Assembly: GCA_035508835.1 (NCBI GenBank)
Contig: DATJMG010000246.1
Location: 1-56,022 of the forward strand
Direction: 5' to 3'
Length of the DNA: 56,022 bases
From: Puia sp.
GTDB lineage: Bacteria; Bacteroidota; Bacteroidia; Chitinophagales; Chitinophagaceae
The position numbers were made by a program, and so were the translations under genes. Of the stretch, positions 29,048-37,530 are shown one piece after another. The notes beneath the pieces are model-generated. The model was not told where the DNA came from and ran no database searches. It saw only the letters and a list, made by a program, of their open reading frames with translations. Position 1 is the first letter of the stretch; the number at the start of each line of letters is the position of its first letter.

Positions 29048-29944
29048 TTATATCGTTTCCAGTTGAGGTTGGTGTTCGGTGACAAGGTTCTTGTAGGCCA
29101 GCTGTATCTTTCTGCCTTGTGATTCCTTCCAGGGTAACGGGAAGACATAATCGTCGATCGAGGTCCAGCCGATGACTTCAGCGGCGGTACCGCAGAAGAA
29201 GGCTGCGTCGGCGGTCTTGAGCTCCGCCGGGGTGTATTGGGCTTCTTCGACGGGGATGTCCAGCTCCGCGCAGAGTTCAAGGACGGTTGCGCGGGTGATG
29301 CCGGGCAGGATGTTGCCGGCGGCCGGGGTATAGAGCCTGCCATCTTTTTCGAAGAACATATTGGCGCCGGGTCCTTCGGCAACAAAACCGTTCATGTCGG
29401 TCAACAGGGCTTCGTCGAAGCCTTTTCCTTTTGCCTCATGGCTGGCCATGATGGAATTGACATAGTGGCCGGCGGCTTTGGCTTCTATCTTGAAAGCTTT
29501 TGGGTTAGGGCGTTGAAAGGACGAGGTCATTACCCTGAGCAGTTTTTCGCCGAGGAAGGGCGCCATTTCCCAGGTCTCGATGACGGTAAAGGATTCGGTG
29601 TTGGGGTTGAAGCTCATATTGGCCGGACCGTAGACGACCGGACGGATATAGGCGTCCTGAAGGTTGTTGCGTTCGAGCACCTCATAGGTGGCTGCGATCA
29701 TTTCGGCTGTGGTGTAGTGATAGGGCATATCAAGCGCTGCGGCCGACCGTTGGAGGCGATCAAAATGATCGACCGCCTTGAAGATCTTTGTTGTGCCGGC
29801 GGCGGTACGATAGGCGCGGATGCCTTCGAAGACCGAATAGCCATAATGGAGGGACTGGCCGTAGAGGTCGGTCCTGGTCTCTGCTGCTTTCCGGAATTGA
29901 CCGTCCAGCCAGAGGATTGTGTTTTCGTTATAATAGTTTGCCAT
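29048..29944 (-). CDS. ilvE: Branched-chain amino acid aminotransferase
   Basis: Start moved to ATG 29944 (MANYYN); [46 protein letters not shown]. Confidence 0.96.
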   Translation of the reverse strand: MANYYNENTILWLDGQFRKAAETRTDLYGQSLHYGYSVFEGIRAYRTAAGTTKIFKAVDHFDRLQRSAAALDMPYHYTTAEMIAATYEVLERNNLQDAYIRPVVYGPANMSFNPNTESFTVIETWEMAPFLGEKLLRVMTSSFQRPNPKAFKIEAKAAGHYVNSIMASHEAKGKGFDEALLTDMNGFVAEGPGANMFFEKDGRLYTPAAGNILPGITRATVLELCAELDIPVEEAQYTPAELKTADAAFFCGTAAEVIGWTSIDDYVFPLPWKESQGRKIQLAYKNLVTEHQPQLETI

Positions 29945-29994
29945 ATATCTAATGTTTGTCCTATCGGACAATCCGCCTCCGGCGGCTTTGGTAT

Positions 29995-30027
29995 TAAAAG
30001 AACGACCCGCCTTTTGGAGGCGGGTCG
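29995..30027 (-). terminator. Attenuator intrinsic terminator upstream of ilvE
   Basis: Minus strand CGACCCGCCT-CCAAA-AGGCGGGTCG (10-bp perfect stem) followed by TTCTTTTA. Confidence 0.88.
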
Positions 30028-30057
30028 CTGGTATATTTGTTTTCGTAGTTATTACAA

Positions 30058-30129
30058 TTACCACCCTCCTCCCTGGATCGCAGGAATAATAATTACCACC
30101 ACAATAATTATTAAAGAGGATGCTCTCAT
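30058..30129 (-). CDS. ilvL: ilv operon leader peptide (23 aa, MRASSLIIIVVVIIIPAIQGGGW)
   Basis: ATG 30129, TAA 30060-30058; 10 consecutive Leu/Ile/Val codons; followed by a terminator whose 5' arm can pair with the leader 3' end. Confidence 0.9.
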   Translation of the reverse strand: MRASSLIIIVVVIIIPAIQGGGW

Positions 30130-30133
30130 ATTA

Positions 30134-30164
30134 CGAATGTACGTCCGCCTGATGAAAAAACAAA
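30134..30164 (-). promoter_or_regulatory. Bacteroidota sigmaA-type promoter for ilvL-ilvE operon
   Basis: Minus strand TTTG (30164-30161), 19-nt spacer, TACATTCG (30141-30134), then 4 nt to the leader ATG. Confidence 0.7.
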
Positions 30165-30190
30165 GAACTTTTTGCGCCGGGCGCATTTTT

Positions 30191-30228
30191 TTATATGATC
30201 GTCGACTTTTTATATAATCGTCGACTTT
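30191..30228. repeat. Tandem 19-bp duplication of the leuB 3' end
   Basis: ttatatgatcgtcgacttt (30191-30209) and ttatataatcgtcgacttt (30210-30228), one mismatch. Confidence 0.85.
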
Positions 30229-31325
30229 CTCAGCTCGATATTATCCTTATGGATATCGCCCGGGATCTTGCCGCCAACGTAGTCGGCGATCAGTTCGCCG
30301 ATGGTGCTGGTGAAATAGAAATTAATAGGGTCGATATCTTTTGTCACGAAGCCGTTCTGCAGCGTCCAGTTGGCTGCTTCCCGGACGCGGGCAGCGTCTG
30401 CATGGAGCCCAAAATGATCCAGCAGCATGGCTGCGGACAGGATGCTCCCGAGCGGGTTTGCGATGTCTTTGCCGGCGGCCTGGGGATAGGAGCCGTGGAT
30501 GGGTTCGAAGAGCGCGGCGCCCTTACCGATGGAGGCGGATGGCAGCAGTCCGAGCGATCCGCTGATCACGCTCGCCTCATCACTCAGGATGTCGCCGAAC
30601 ATATTTTCGGTCAGGATCACGTCAAATTGTTTTGGGTTCAGGATGATCTGCATCGCCGCATTGTCGACAAAGAGGAAGTCGACTTTGACGTCGGGGTAGC
30701 TCGTCGCGATGTCCTGTACAACTTTACGCCAGAGGCGGGAGGTTTCGAGGACGTTGGCTTTGTCGACGAGGGTCAGCTTTTTGCGACGGTTGAGTGCCTG
30801 TTGGAAGGCGAGGTGGGCGATGCGCTCGATCTCTTCACGGGAATAGACGCACTCGTCGGAGGCCTGGGTACCTTCTGCGTTCAGTTCTTTTTTGCCGAAG
30901 TAGATACCGCCGGTCAGCTCGCGGAAGATGATAAAATCCACGTTCTCGAGGATCTTCGCTTTTAGCGGCGAAAGATGTTGCAGAGCGGGATAGGTAGCGA
31001 CCGGGCGAATATTGGCAAACAGCTGCAGGGATTTCCGGAGTTTCAGCAAGCCTTGTTCGGGCCGGACTTTTGCGGTCGGGTCGTTATCGTATTTGGGGTG
31101 GCCGATGGCGCCAAAAAGTATGGCATCGCTGTTCAGGGCGGCTTCGATCGTTTCATCAGGCAGGGGAGTGCCGGTCTTGTCGATGGCGTCGGCACCCATC
31201 AGGCAGTATTTAAAAGTGAATTCATGGCCGTTATGCCGGGCCACGGCATTCAGCACTTTGATCGCCTGGCGGGTCACTTCCGGTCCGATGCCGTCGCCTT
31301 CGATGACTACAATGTTCTTTTCCAT
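30210..31325 (-). CDS. leuB: 3-isopropylmalate dehydrogenase
   Basis: GDGIGPEV, RPEQGLLKLRK, RELTGGIYFG, DKANVL, NMFGDILSDEA, EPIHGSYP. Confidence 0.97.
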   Translation of the reverse strand: MEKNIVVIEGDGIGPEVTRQAIKVLNAVARHNGHEFTFKYCLMGADAIDKTGTPLPDETIEAALNSDAILFGAIGHPKYDNDPTAKVRPEQGLLKLRKSLQLFANIRPVATYPALQHLSPLKAKILENVDFIIFRELTGGIYFGKKELNAEGTQASDECVYSREEIERIAHLAFQQALNRRKKLTLVDKANVLETSRLWRKVVQDIATSYPDVKVDFLFVDNAAMQIILNPKQFDVILTENMFGDILSDEASVISGSLGLLPSASIGKGAALFEPIHGSYPQAAGKDIANPLGSILSAAMLLDHFGLHADAARVREAANWTLQNGFVTKDIDPINFYFTSTIGELIADYVGGKIPGDIHKDNIELRKSTII

Positions 31326-31355
31326 ATAAAATTGATGTTTAGGGTAGAGGTTATG

Positions 31356-31952
31356 TTATGGCTGGTTAATGTGTTGTTGTTCGAATTGTTCGATCTCCCC
31401 GCGGATGCTCAGCAGGTAGTCGATGTCGTCATACCCGTTGAGCAGGCAGGTCTTTTTATAGTTATTGATCTCGAATGTTTCCGATTCGCCCGTTGGCAGC
31501 GTGATCGTCTGGGCTTCCAGGTCGACATCGATCCGGGTGGCCGGGTTTTTCCGGATGGCAGCAAAGGTCTTTTGGAGGAAGCTTTCGCTGACGGTCACGG
31601 GCAGCAGAAAATTATTGAGGGCGTTATTCTTAAAGATGTCGGCGAAGAAGCTGCTTACGACCACATCAAATCCTGCATCTTTAATGGCCCATGCGGCGTG
31701 TTCGCGGCTGGAGCCGCAGCCGAAGTTCTTCCCGCCAACGAGGATCTTTCCGGAATAGGTCGGGTCGTTGAGCACGAAGTCTTTCCTGGGCGTGTTATCG
31801 CTGTTATATCGCCAGTCGCGGAAGAGGTTGTCGCCGAAGCCTTCCCGGCTGGTGGCCTTGAGGAAACGGGCGGGGATGATCTGATCGGTATCGATATTTT
31901 CCAGATCGATGGGAACGGCGGTGGAATTGATCTTATGGATGGCTTTGCTCAT
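31356..31952 (-). CDS. leuD: 3-isopropylmalate dehydratase small subunit
   Basis: [31 protein letters not shown]. Confidence 0.97.
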   Translation of the reverse strand: MSKAIHKINSTAVPIDLENIDTDQIIPARFLKATSREGFGDNLFRDWRYNSDNTPRKDFVLNDPTYSGKILVGGKNFGCGSSREHAAWAIKDAGFDVVVSSFFADIFKNNALNNFLLPVTVSESFLQKTFAAIRKNPATRIDVDLEAQTITLPTGESETFEINNYKKTCLLNGYDDIDYLLSIRGEIEQFEQQHINQP

Positions 31953-31962
31953 GGTTCGTGGA

Positions 31963-33333
31963 TTAGATAAATTCCCGGATGTCGGTTACTTCTCCGGTTA
32001 TAGCGGCAGCGGCCGCAGTCAGCGGGCTGGCGAGGAGGGTGCGGGCATTAGGGCCTTGCCGGCCTTCGAAATTGCGGTTCGAGGTCGAGATGCAATATTT
32101 GCCGGCGGGGATCTTGTCCTCGTTCATACCCAGGCAGGCGCTGCAGCCCGGCTGACGAAGGTGGAACCCTGCCGCTTCGAAGATCTTGTCGATGCCTTCT
32201 TTGATAGCTTGCTGCTCGACCTGTTTGGAGCCGGGAACGATCCATACCTCTACATGATCCGCCTTCTTACGGCCCTTCACGAAGGAGGCAACTTCACGCA
32301 GGTCTTCGATGCGGGAGTTGGTGCAGCTGCCGATGAAAACATAGTCGACTTTCTTTCCCCTGATGGCCGTGTCAGGCTGCAGGCCCATGTAGGCGAGCGA
32401 TTTGGGATCGGCGGTAGCGGGGATCTTGCCGGTGATGCCGATGCCCATGCCCGGATTGGTGCCGTAAGTGATCATCGGTTCGATAGCCGCGGCGTCGATA
32501 TGGATCTCCTTGTCGAATTTGGCGGCTTCGTCAGAGTAGAGTGTCTTCCAGTACGCCAGATGCTTATCCCATTCGGAGCCACGGGGGGCGAAGGGTCGGC
32601 CTTTGAGGTAGGCGAAGGTCGTTTCGTCCGGGGCGATCATCCCGCCGCGGGCGCCCATTTCGATACTCATATTGCAAATGGTCATGCGGGCTTCCATCGA
32701 CAGGTTGCGGATGGCGGAGCCGGCATATTCCACGAAGTAGCCGGTCGCGCCGCTGGACGAGATCCGGGCGATGATATAAAGGATGATATCTTTCGAGGTG
32801 ACACCTTTGTTCAGCTGTCCTTCCACGTTGATGCGCATCAGCTTTGGCTTGCTTTGGAGCACGCATTGCGTAGCCATGACCATCTCTACTTCCGAGGTAC
32901 CGATGCCGAAGGCGATTGCGCCGAAGGCGCCGTGGGTGGACGTGTGGCTATCGCCGCAGACGATGGTCATGCCTGGTTGGGTAACGCCCAGTTCCGGCCC
33001 GATGACGTGGACGATTCCCTGATAGGGATGGCCGAGGCCGTATAGTTCGACGTGGTGGCGTTTGCAGTTTTCGACCAACTGTTGCACCTGGATCCGCGAG
33101 AGTTCCTCCTTGATAGGCAGGTGCTGGTCAACGGTCGGGACATTATGGTCCGCGGTGGCGACGATCTGTGCCGGCCGGAATACTTCGACCCCGCGACGCT
33201 CCAGTCCCTTGAAAGCCTGGGGGCTGGTAACTTCATGGATAAAATGCCGGTCGATGTAGAGTACGGAGGGTCCGCCTTCTATAGTTCGGACGATATGGCG
33301 GTCCCAGATCTTTTCAAATAGTGTTGTTGGCAT
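31963..33333 (-). CDS. leuC: 3-isopropylmalate dehydratase large subunit
   Basis: [50 protein letters not shown]. Confidence 0.97.
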   Translation of the reverse strand: MPTTLFEKIWDRHIVRTIEGGPSVLYIDRHFIHEVTSPQAFKGLERRGVEVFRPAQIVATADHNVPTVDQHLPIKEELSRIQVQQLVENCKRHHVELYGLGHPYQGIVHVIGPELGVTQPGMTIVCGDSHTSTHGAFGAIAFGIGTSEVEMVMATQCVLQSKPKLMRINVEGQLNKGVTSKDIILYIIARISSSGATGYFVEYAGSAIRNLSMEARMTICNMSIEMGARGGMIAPDETTFAYLKGRPFAPRGSEWDKHLAYWKTLYSDEAAKFDKEIHIDAAAIEPMITYGTNPGMGIGITGKIPATADPKSLAYMGLQPDTAIRGKKVDYVFIGSCTNSRIEDLREVASFVKGRKKADHVEVWIVPGSKQVEQQAIKEGIDKIFEAAGFHLRQPGCSACLGMNEDKIPAGKYCISTSNRNFEGRQGPNARTLLASPLTAAAAAITGEVTDIREFI

Positions 33334-33348
33334 GGCGGTGTGATATGA

Positions 33349-34518
33349 TTACGAAGGGATGACGCTCTCCGTGTAGGCATGGGCCAGCCGGTGAAGGTCT
33401 TCTTCTATGACTTCTTTTTTGGTGTCGGCTACCTGCAGGAACCGCTCGTAGATCGTGTCGATATCGTTCCGGGTGAAAGAGTAGCCGATCTTCTGGAGGC
33501 GGAAGGCCAGGGCGCTGCGGCCGCTGCGGGCGGTGAGCACGATCCTGGAACCGTCCGCGCCGACTTCATCGGGATTGATGATCTCGTAGGTACCGGCGTC
33601 TTTGAGGAAACCATCCTGATGGATGCCGGAGGAGTGGGAAAAAGCGTTGGCGCCGACGATCGCCTTGTTCGGTTGAACGGGCATGCGCATCGTGTCGGAT
33701 ACCACGCGGCTGATCGGGTTAAGCTCGGGCGCTTTGATATCGGTATAGAATCCCAGATGTTTGTGTTGACGGATGACCATCACGACCTCTTCGAGGGAAG
33801 TGTTGCCGGCGCGTTCGCCCAGGCCGTTGATCGTGCATTCGATCTGACGGGCGCCTGCCCGGATGCCCGCGATGGAATTGGCGGTCGCCAGGCCGAGGTC
33901 ATTGTGGCAATGGCAGGAGAGGATGGCCTTGTCGATGTTGGGGACATGGTTGATGAGGAAAGCCATCTTGTCGCCGTATTGGTCGGGAAGGCAATAGCCG
34001 GTAGTATCGGGAATATTCACGACGGTGGCGCCTGCGGCGATCACGGCTTCGACTACGCGTGCGAGGTAATCGTTGTCGGTCCTCCCGGCGTCTTCGGCAT
34101 AGAATTCCACATCGCCGACCAGGTTTCGGGCCCATTTAACCGCTTGTACGGCCCGGTTCAGGATCTCTTCGCGCGTAGCGTTGAACTTGGCTTTTATGTG
34201 CGAGTCCGAGGTGCCGATACCGGTATGGATACGCGGTTTGCGGGCATGCCGGAGTGCGGCGGCGGCGACTTCGATATCTTTCTGTACGGCGCGGCTCAGG
34301 CCGCAGACGGTGGCATCTTTGACCATGCGGGCTATTTCTTCTACGGAATGGAAATCGCCGGGGCTGGATACGGGAAAACCCGCTTCGATGATGTCGACCC
34401 CCAGGGCTTCCAGCTGGAGTGCCAGCCCGATCTTTTCCGTGGTATTGAGCTTGCAGCCCGGCACTTGTTCGCCGTCGCGAAGCGTGGTGTCGAAAATGAA
34501 AATTTTTTGATCGGCCAT
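33349..34518 (-). CDS. leuA: 2-isopropylmalate synthase, short form (389 aa)
   Basis: Start ATG 34518 ([18 protein letters not shown]); [24 protein letters not shown]; no C-terminal regulatory domain. Confidence 0.95.
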   Translation of the reverse strand: MADQKIFIFDTTLRDGEQVPGCKLNTTEKIGLALQLEALGVDIIEAGFPVSSPGDFHSVEEIARMVKDATVCGLSRAVQKDIEVAAAALRHARKPRIHTGIGTSDSHIKAKFNATREEILNRAVQAVKWARNLVGDVEFYAEDAGRTDNDYLARVVEAVIAAGATVVNIPDTTGYCLPDQYGDKMAFLINHVPNIDKAILSCHCHNDLGLATANSIAGIRAGARQIECTINGLGERAGNTSLEEVVMVIRQHKHLGFYTDIKAPELNPISRVVSDTMRMPVQPNKAIVGANAFSHSSGIHQDGFLKDAGTYEIINPDEVGADGSRIVLTARSGRSALAFRLQKIGYSFTRNDIDTIYERFLQVADTKKEVIEEDLHRLAHAYTESVIPS

Positions 34519-34575
34519 ATGGATTTTTAAGATGGTTCGGTATCCGGGTGTGAAGGGTATTCGGTACAAATTAGC

Positions 34576-34583
34576 TACGTTTG
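34576..34583 (+). promoter_or_regulatory. -7 promoter element for the 34686 gene
   Basis: TACGTTTG, exact TAnnTTTG match. Confidence 0.5.
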
Positions 34584-34617
34584 CTATGGTGTCGAAATCA
34601 TAATTGGGATGGTTTTA

Positions 34618-34635
34618 CACCCCTTAATAGGGGTG
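34618..34635. promoter_or_regulatory. Inverted repeat (operator or hairpin) in the leuA divergent intergenic region
   Basis: CACCCCT-TAAT-AGGGGTG. Confidence 0.35.
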
Positions 34636-34685
34636 AATTGGCCTGAAACCCAGTACTGTAAAGGATTTTGATACCGGAAAATACG

Positions 34686-36236
34686 ATGCCCAACCGATCT
34701 TCAGATGCTCTTTTTCAACTGATCAAATCTCTGGAAAAGTCGGAGAAGCGGAACTTTAAGCTCTATATCACCCGCAATTCTTCCAGTCTGGACCTCAAAA
34801 GCATTCAGTTGTTCGATGCGATGGACAAGATGGATGAGTATGATGAGGTTCAATTGTTAAATAAAAACAAAAATATCCGAAAGGCGCAGCTTTCGAACGC
34901 CAAGGCGCACCTGTACCGGGAGATCCTGTCCAGTCTTCGGTTGATCCGGCATGAAAATAACATTGATATTCAATTGCATGAGCAGTTGGATTATGCCCGT
35001 ATCCTGTATAATAAGGGCTTATATCTGCAAAGCTTGCGGACGCTCGACCGGATCAAGGAAAGCGCGCGGCAGCATCACCAGGAGACGTTCCTTTTGGAGG
35101 TGCTCTTCTTTGAAAAGACGATCGAGTCGCTGCACATCACCCGCAGTATGCAGGACCGGGCGGACCAGCTGGCGGACGAGCTCGATGGGGTCAACGACCG
35201 GTTAAGGCTGATCAGCCAGCTCTCCAACCTGGCGCTGCAACTATACAGTTGGTATATTCGCCATGGGGTAGCCCGGAACGAGAAAGATGAAGCGGCGGTG
35301 CAGGAATTCTTCGAGCGGAATATGCCTGCTGACCTGTCGCAGTGCAATGGGTTTTATGAAAAACTGTACCTATACCAAAGTTTTGTCTGGTATGCCTTTA
35401 TCCGGCAGGACTTCCTGATGTATTACCGGTATACGCAGAAGTGGGTGGATCTTTTCGGGAAGGAGCCGTTTATGCTTGCAGTGGAGACGTCGCAGTACAT
35501 TAAAGGCATGCACAATCTGCTGGGAGCGCATTTCGATCTCCTCAACGATCAGAAATTCCGGGAAACGCTCAAGCAGTTCGAGGAGTTCTCGGAATCGGAC
35601 CTCGTGGTGAATAATGTGAATAATCGCATTCAGACCTTTGTCTATTTGTATATCTCCAAGCTAAATCAGCATTTTATCGATGGTACTTTTACGGAGGGGC
35701 TGACGCTTGTGCCGTATATCGAGGAGAAGCTTTCCTCGTACTGGATCTATCTCGACAGGCATCGCATCCTGGTCTTCTATTATAAGATCGCGTGCTTGTA
35801 TTTTGGCAGCGGGAATTATGAGAAGACCATTGACTACCTGAATAAGATCATCAACTGGAAGGTTGACCTGCGGACGGACCTGCAGTGTTATTCGAGATTG
35901 CTGCACCTGATCGCGCATTATGAGTTGGGGAATGTCGATCTGCTCGAGTACCTGACCAAGTCGGTGTACCGGTTCATGGCGAAGATGGAGAGCCTGAGCC
36001 TGGTCGAGGAGGAGATCTTCAAGTTCCTCCGGAAGGCGTTCCTGGTGCCGCCGGACAGGCTAAAGCCCGAATTCAGCAAATTGCTGGATAAGCTAAAGGC
36101 ATATGAGAAGAGCAGGTTCGAGACGAGGGCGTTCATGTACCTGGATGTCATTTCGTGGTTGGAGAGCAAGATCGAGGGGGTTCCGGTGCAGGATGTGATC
36201 CGGGAGAAATATTTGAATGGGACGAGGAGAGGGTGA
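34686..36236 (+). CDS. Conserved Bacteroidota all-alpha, TPR-like hypothetical protein (516 aa)
   Basis: ATG 34686; LFQLIKSL.KSEKRNFK N-terminus; amphipathic helical repeats (ARILYNKGLY; ACLYFGSGNYEKTIDYLNKI; HYELGN). Confidence 0.8.
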   Translation: MPNRSSDALFQLIKSLEKSEKRNFKLYITRNSSSLDLKSIQLFDAMDKMDEYDEVQLLNKNKNIRKAQLSNAKAHLYREILSSLRLIRHENNIDIQLHEQLDYARILYNKGLYLQSLRTLDRIKESARQHHQETFLLEVLFFEKTIESLHITRSMQDRADQLADELDGVNDRLRLISQLSNLALQLYSWYIRHGVARNEKDEAAVQEFFERNMPADLSQCNGFYEKLYLYQSFVWYAFIRQDFLMYYRYTQKWVDLFGKEPFMLAVETSQYIKGMHNLLGAHFDLLNDQKFRETLKQFEEFSESDLVVNNVNNRIQTFVYLYISKLNQHFIDGTFTEGLTLVPYIEEKLSSYWIYLDRHRILVFYYKIACLYFGSGNYEKTIDYLNKIINWKVDLRTDLQCYSRLLHLIAHYELGNVDLLEYLTKSVYRFMAKMESLSLVEEEIFKFLRKAFLVPPDRLKPEFSKLLDKLKAYEKSRFETRAFMYLDVISWLESKIEGVPVQDVIREKYLNGTRRG

Positions 36237-36309
36237 ATTTTTTGGAAAATTATCATTAATTGGGTTGTACTTTTGGCTATTGCTTGAGTGGCAGGAAAGG
36301 AGGGGAGAT

Positions 36310-36576
36310 ATGGATATATCGGAAGTAAACATCGGACTGGAAAAAGTAACTTTGCCTGCTGATCAAAAGAAAGCAATTTTGTTATTGATCGACGCTAAAA
36401 TAAATCAGGATATGAAGGAGGTGATCTCGGAAATAAGGCAGCTTGAAGCCAAGATACAGCTTACCCAGGAAAAAATAGAAATGACCCGGGAAAAGCACAG
36501 TAATGAGATCAAGACGGTGTATTGGGTCATAGGCATTGCCATGGCGGTCATCCTGTTCGTGGTCGCGAGAAAATAG
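36310..36576 (+). CDS. Small coiled-coil protein with C-terminal membrane anchor (DUF1640/CCDC90-like architecture)
   Basis: ATG 36310 with AAGGAGG 6 nt upstream; heptad-like EIRQLEAKIQLTQEKIE followed by YWVIGIAMAVILFVVARK. Confidence 0.65.
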   Translation: MDISEVNIGLEKVTLPADQKKAILLLIDAKINQDMKEVISEIRQLEAKIQLTQEKIEMTREKHSNEIKTVYWVIGIAMAVILFVVARK

Positions 36577-36600
36577 ACTTTTTACGAGAGAATAGACTTC

Positions 36601-37026
36601 TTATTTGTGGATGTGGAGATAGCGCTCGAAGAATTCTTTGGATGAAACCACTTCGATGCGGGAGAAATGGAAATCGCTTTTATTTTCCGTGACGATACAA
36701 TTACAGCCTGCTTCCAGGGCTGAATAATATTGAAGGCCATCTTCAAAATCAATCGCGGCCGGATCGGCGAAGGCGGAGCGGACTGTCCCGGGGCCCGCGC
36801 CGGCGATGTCCAGTCGGCCTGCCATGACCCTGAGTTTCTCTTTAGCGGCGGCGGCGGAGGATTTCTTCTCCGCGAAATAAAAGGCGATGGCGAGGCAGAT
36901 GGGCGAGGTGCAGATGCTGAAATCCAGTGTACCTGCCAGGCTCAGGATGCGGGAGGTATACGGAAAGAGGGGGTATTCCTTATTGACCACGGAGACCAGG
37001 ATATTGGCATCGGCAAAGACCTTCAT
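36601..37026 (-). CDS. PIN-domain protein (VapC-like toxin)
   Basis: KVFADANIL, DFEDGLQYYSA, IVTENKSDF acidic PIN motifs. Confidence 0.88.
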   Translation of the reverse strand: MKVFADANILVSVVNKEYPLFPYTSRILSLAGTLDFSICTSPICLAIAFYFAEKKSSAAAAKEKLRVMAGRLDIAGAGPGTVRSAFADPAAIDFEDGLQYYSALEAGCNCIVTENKSDFHFSRIEVVSSKEFFERYLHIHK

Positions 37027-37289
37027 GGCTTCTTTTTCCTGGACTTGAAGAATTCGTCCTTAAGCTCTTTGCGGCTCTTTCTACCTGTCTTGTATTCGGC
37101 GGGGCCTTCGGCCACCTGCAATACCCAATCTGCGATCGGGAGGTCTTCCAGGGAACGATATTCGCCCGTGGTTATCCTTCTCAAGAGGAATTCGACCAGG
37201 CGGGAAAGGCTGATATGCTGGCTGGCAGCGTATTCTTTGGCCCGCCGGATGACCTCTTCATCAAAACTGAGGGTGACTTTGTTGTCCAT
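37023..37289 (-). CDS. Ribbon-helix-helix antitoxin (DUF6364-like)
   Basis: ATG 37289; KVTLSFDEEVIRRAKEYA...ISLSRLVE; 4-nt overlap with the PIN gene. Confidence 0.85.
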   Translation of the reverse strand: MDNKVTLSFDEEVIRRAKEYAASQHISLSRLVEFLLRRITTGEYRSLEDLPIADWVLQVAEGPAEYKTGRKSRKELKDEFFKSRKKKP

Positions 37290-37398
37290 AAGGTAAAGGT
37301 AAGGGAAAAATACGTAGAAGAGAAAAAAAGTGTACGTGTAAAAGCGGTTCCGGGTAGAATAGTGCCGGAGCAATAAAATTTTTTTCCAATAAAATCCG

Positions 37399-37406
37399 TA
37401 CCTTTG
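37399..37406 (+). promoter_or_regulatory. -7 promoter element for rpoC
   Basis: TACCTTTG exact consensus with an AT-rich upstream region, 124 nt before the rpoC ATG. Confidence 0.7.
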
Positions 37407-37530
37407 CCCTCCTTGATTTCGTCCCAAATGCATACAAGTGTTTCCATTGTAGCTCCCCTGGTGTAGGCTGGGTGGGTTATCTTTTTGATATGCAATTGGT
37501 TAGAGCAAGACAAAAACAGCATATTGCAAT

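Noticed and set aside
27361-30064. N-terminal extensions of ilvD (to 29385) and ilvE (to 30064) in the ORF track
   Set aside because: The extensions overlap ilvE or run through the attenuator; conserved N-termini begin at 29040 and 29944.
34519-34685. Leucine leader peptide or attenuator upstream of leuA
   Set aside because: The only short ATG ORF found on the minus strand reads MISTP with no Leu codons; no terminator with a U-tract.
36237-37340. Prophage or IS element around the TA pair
   Set aside because: No integrase, transposase, terminal inverted repeats or target-site duplication seen.
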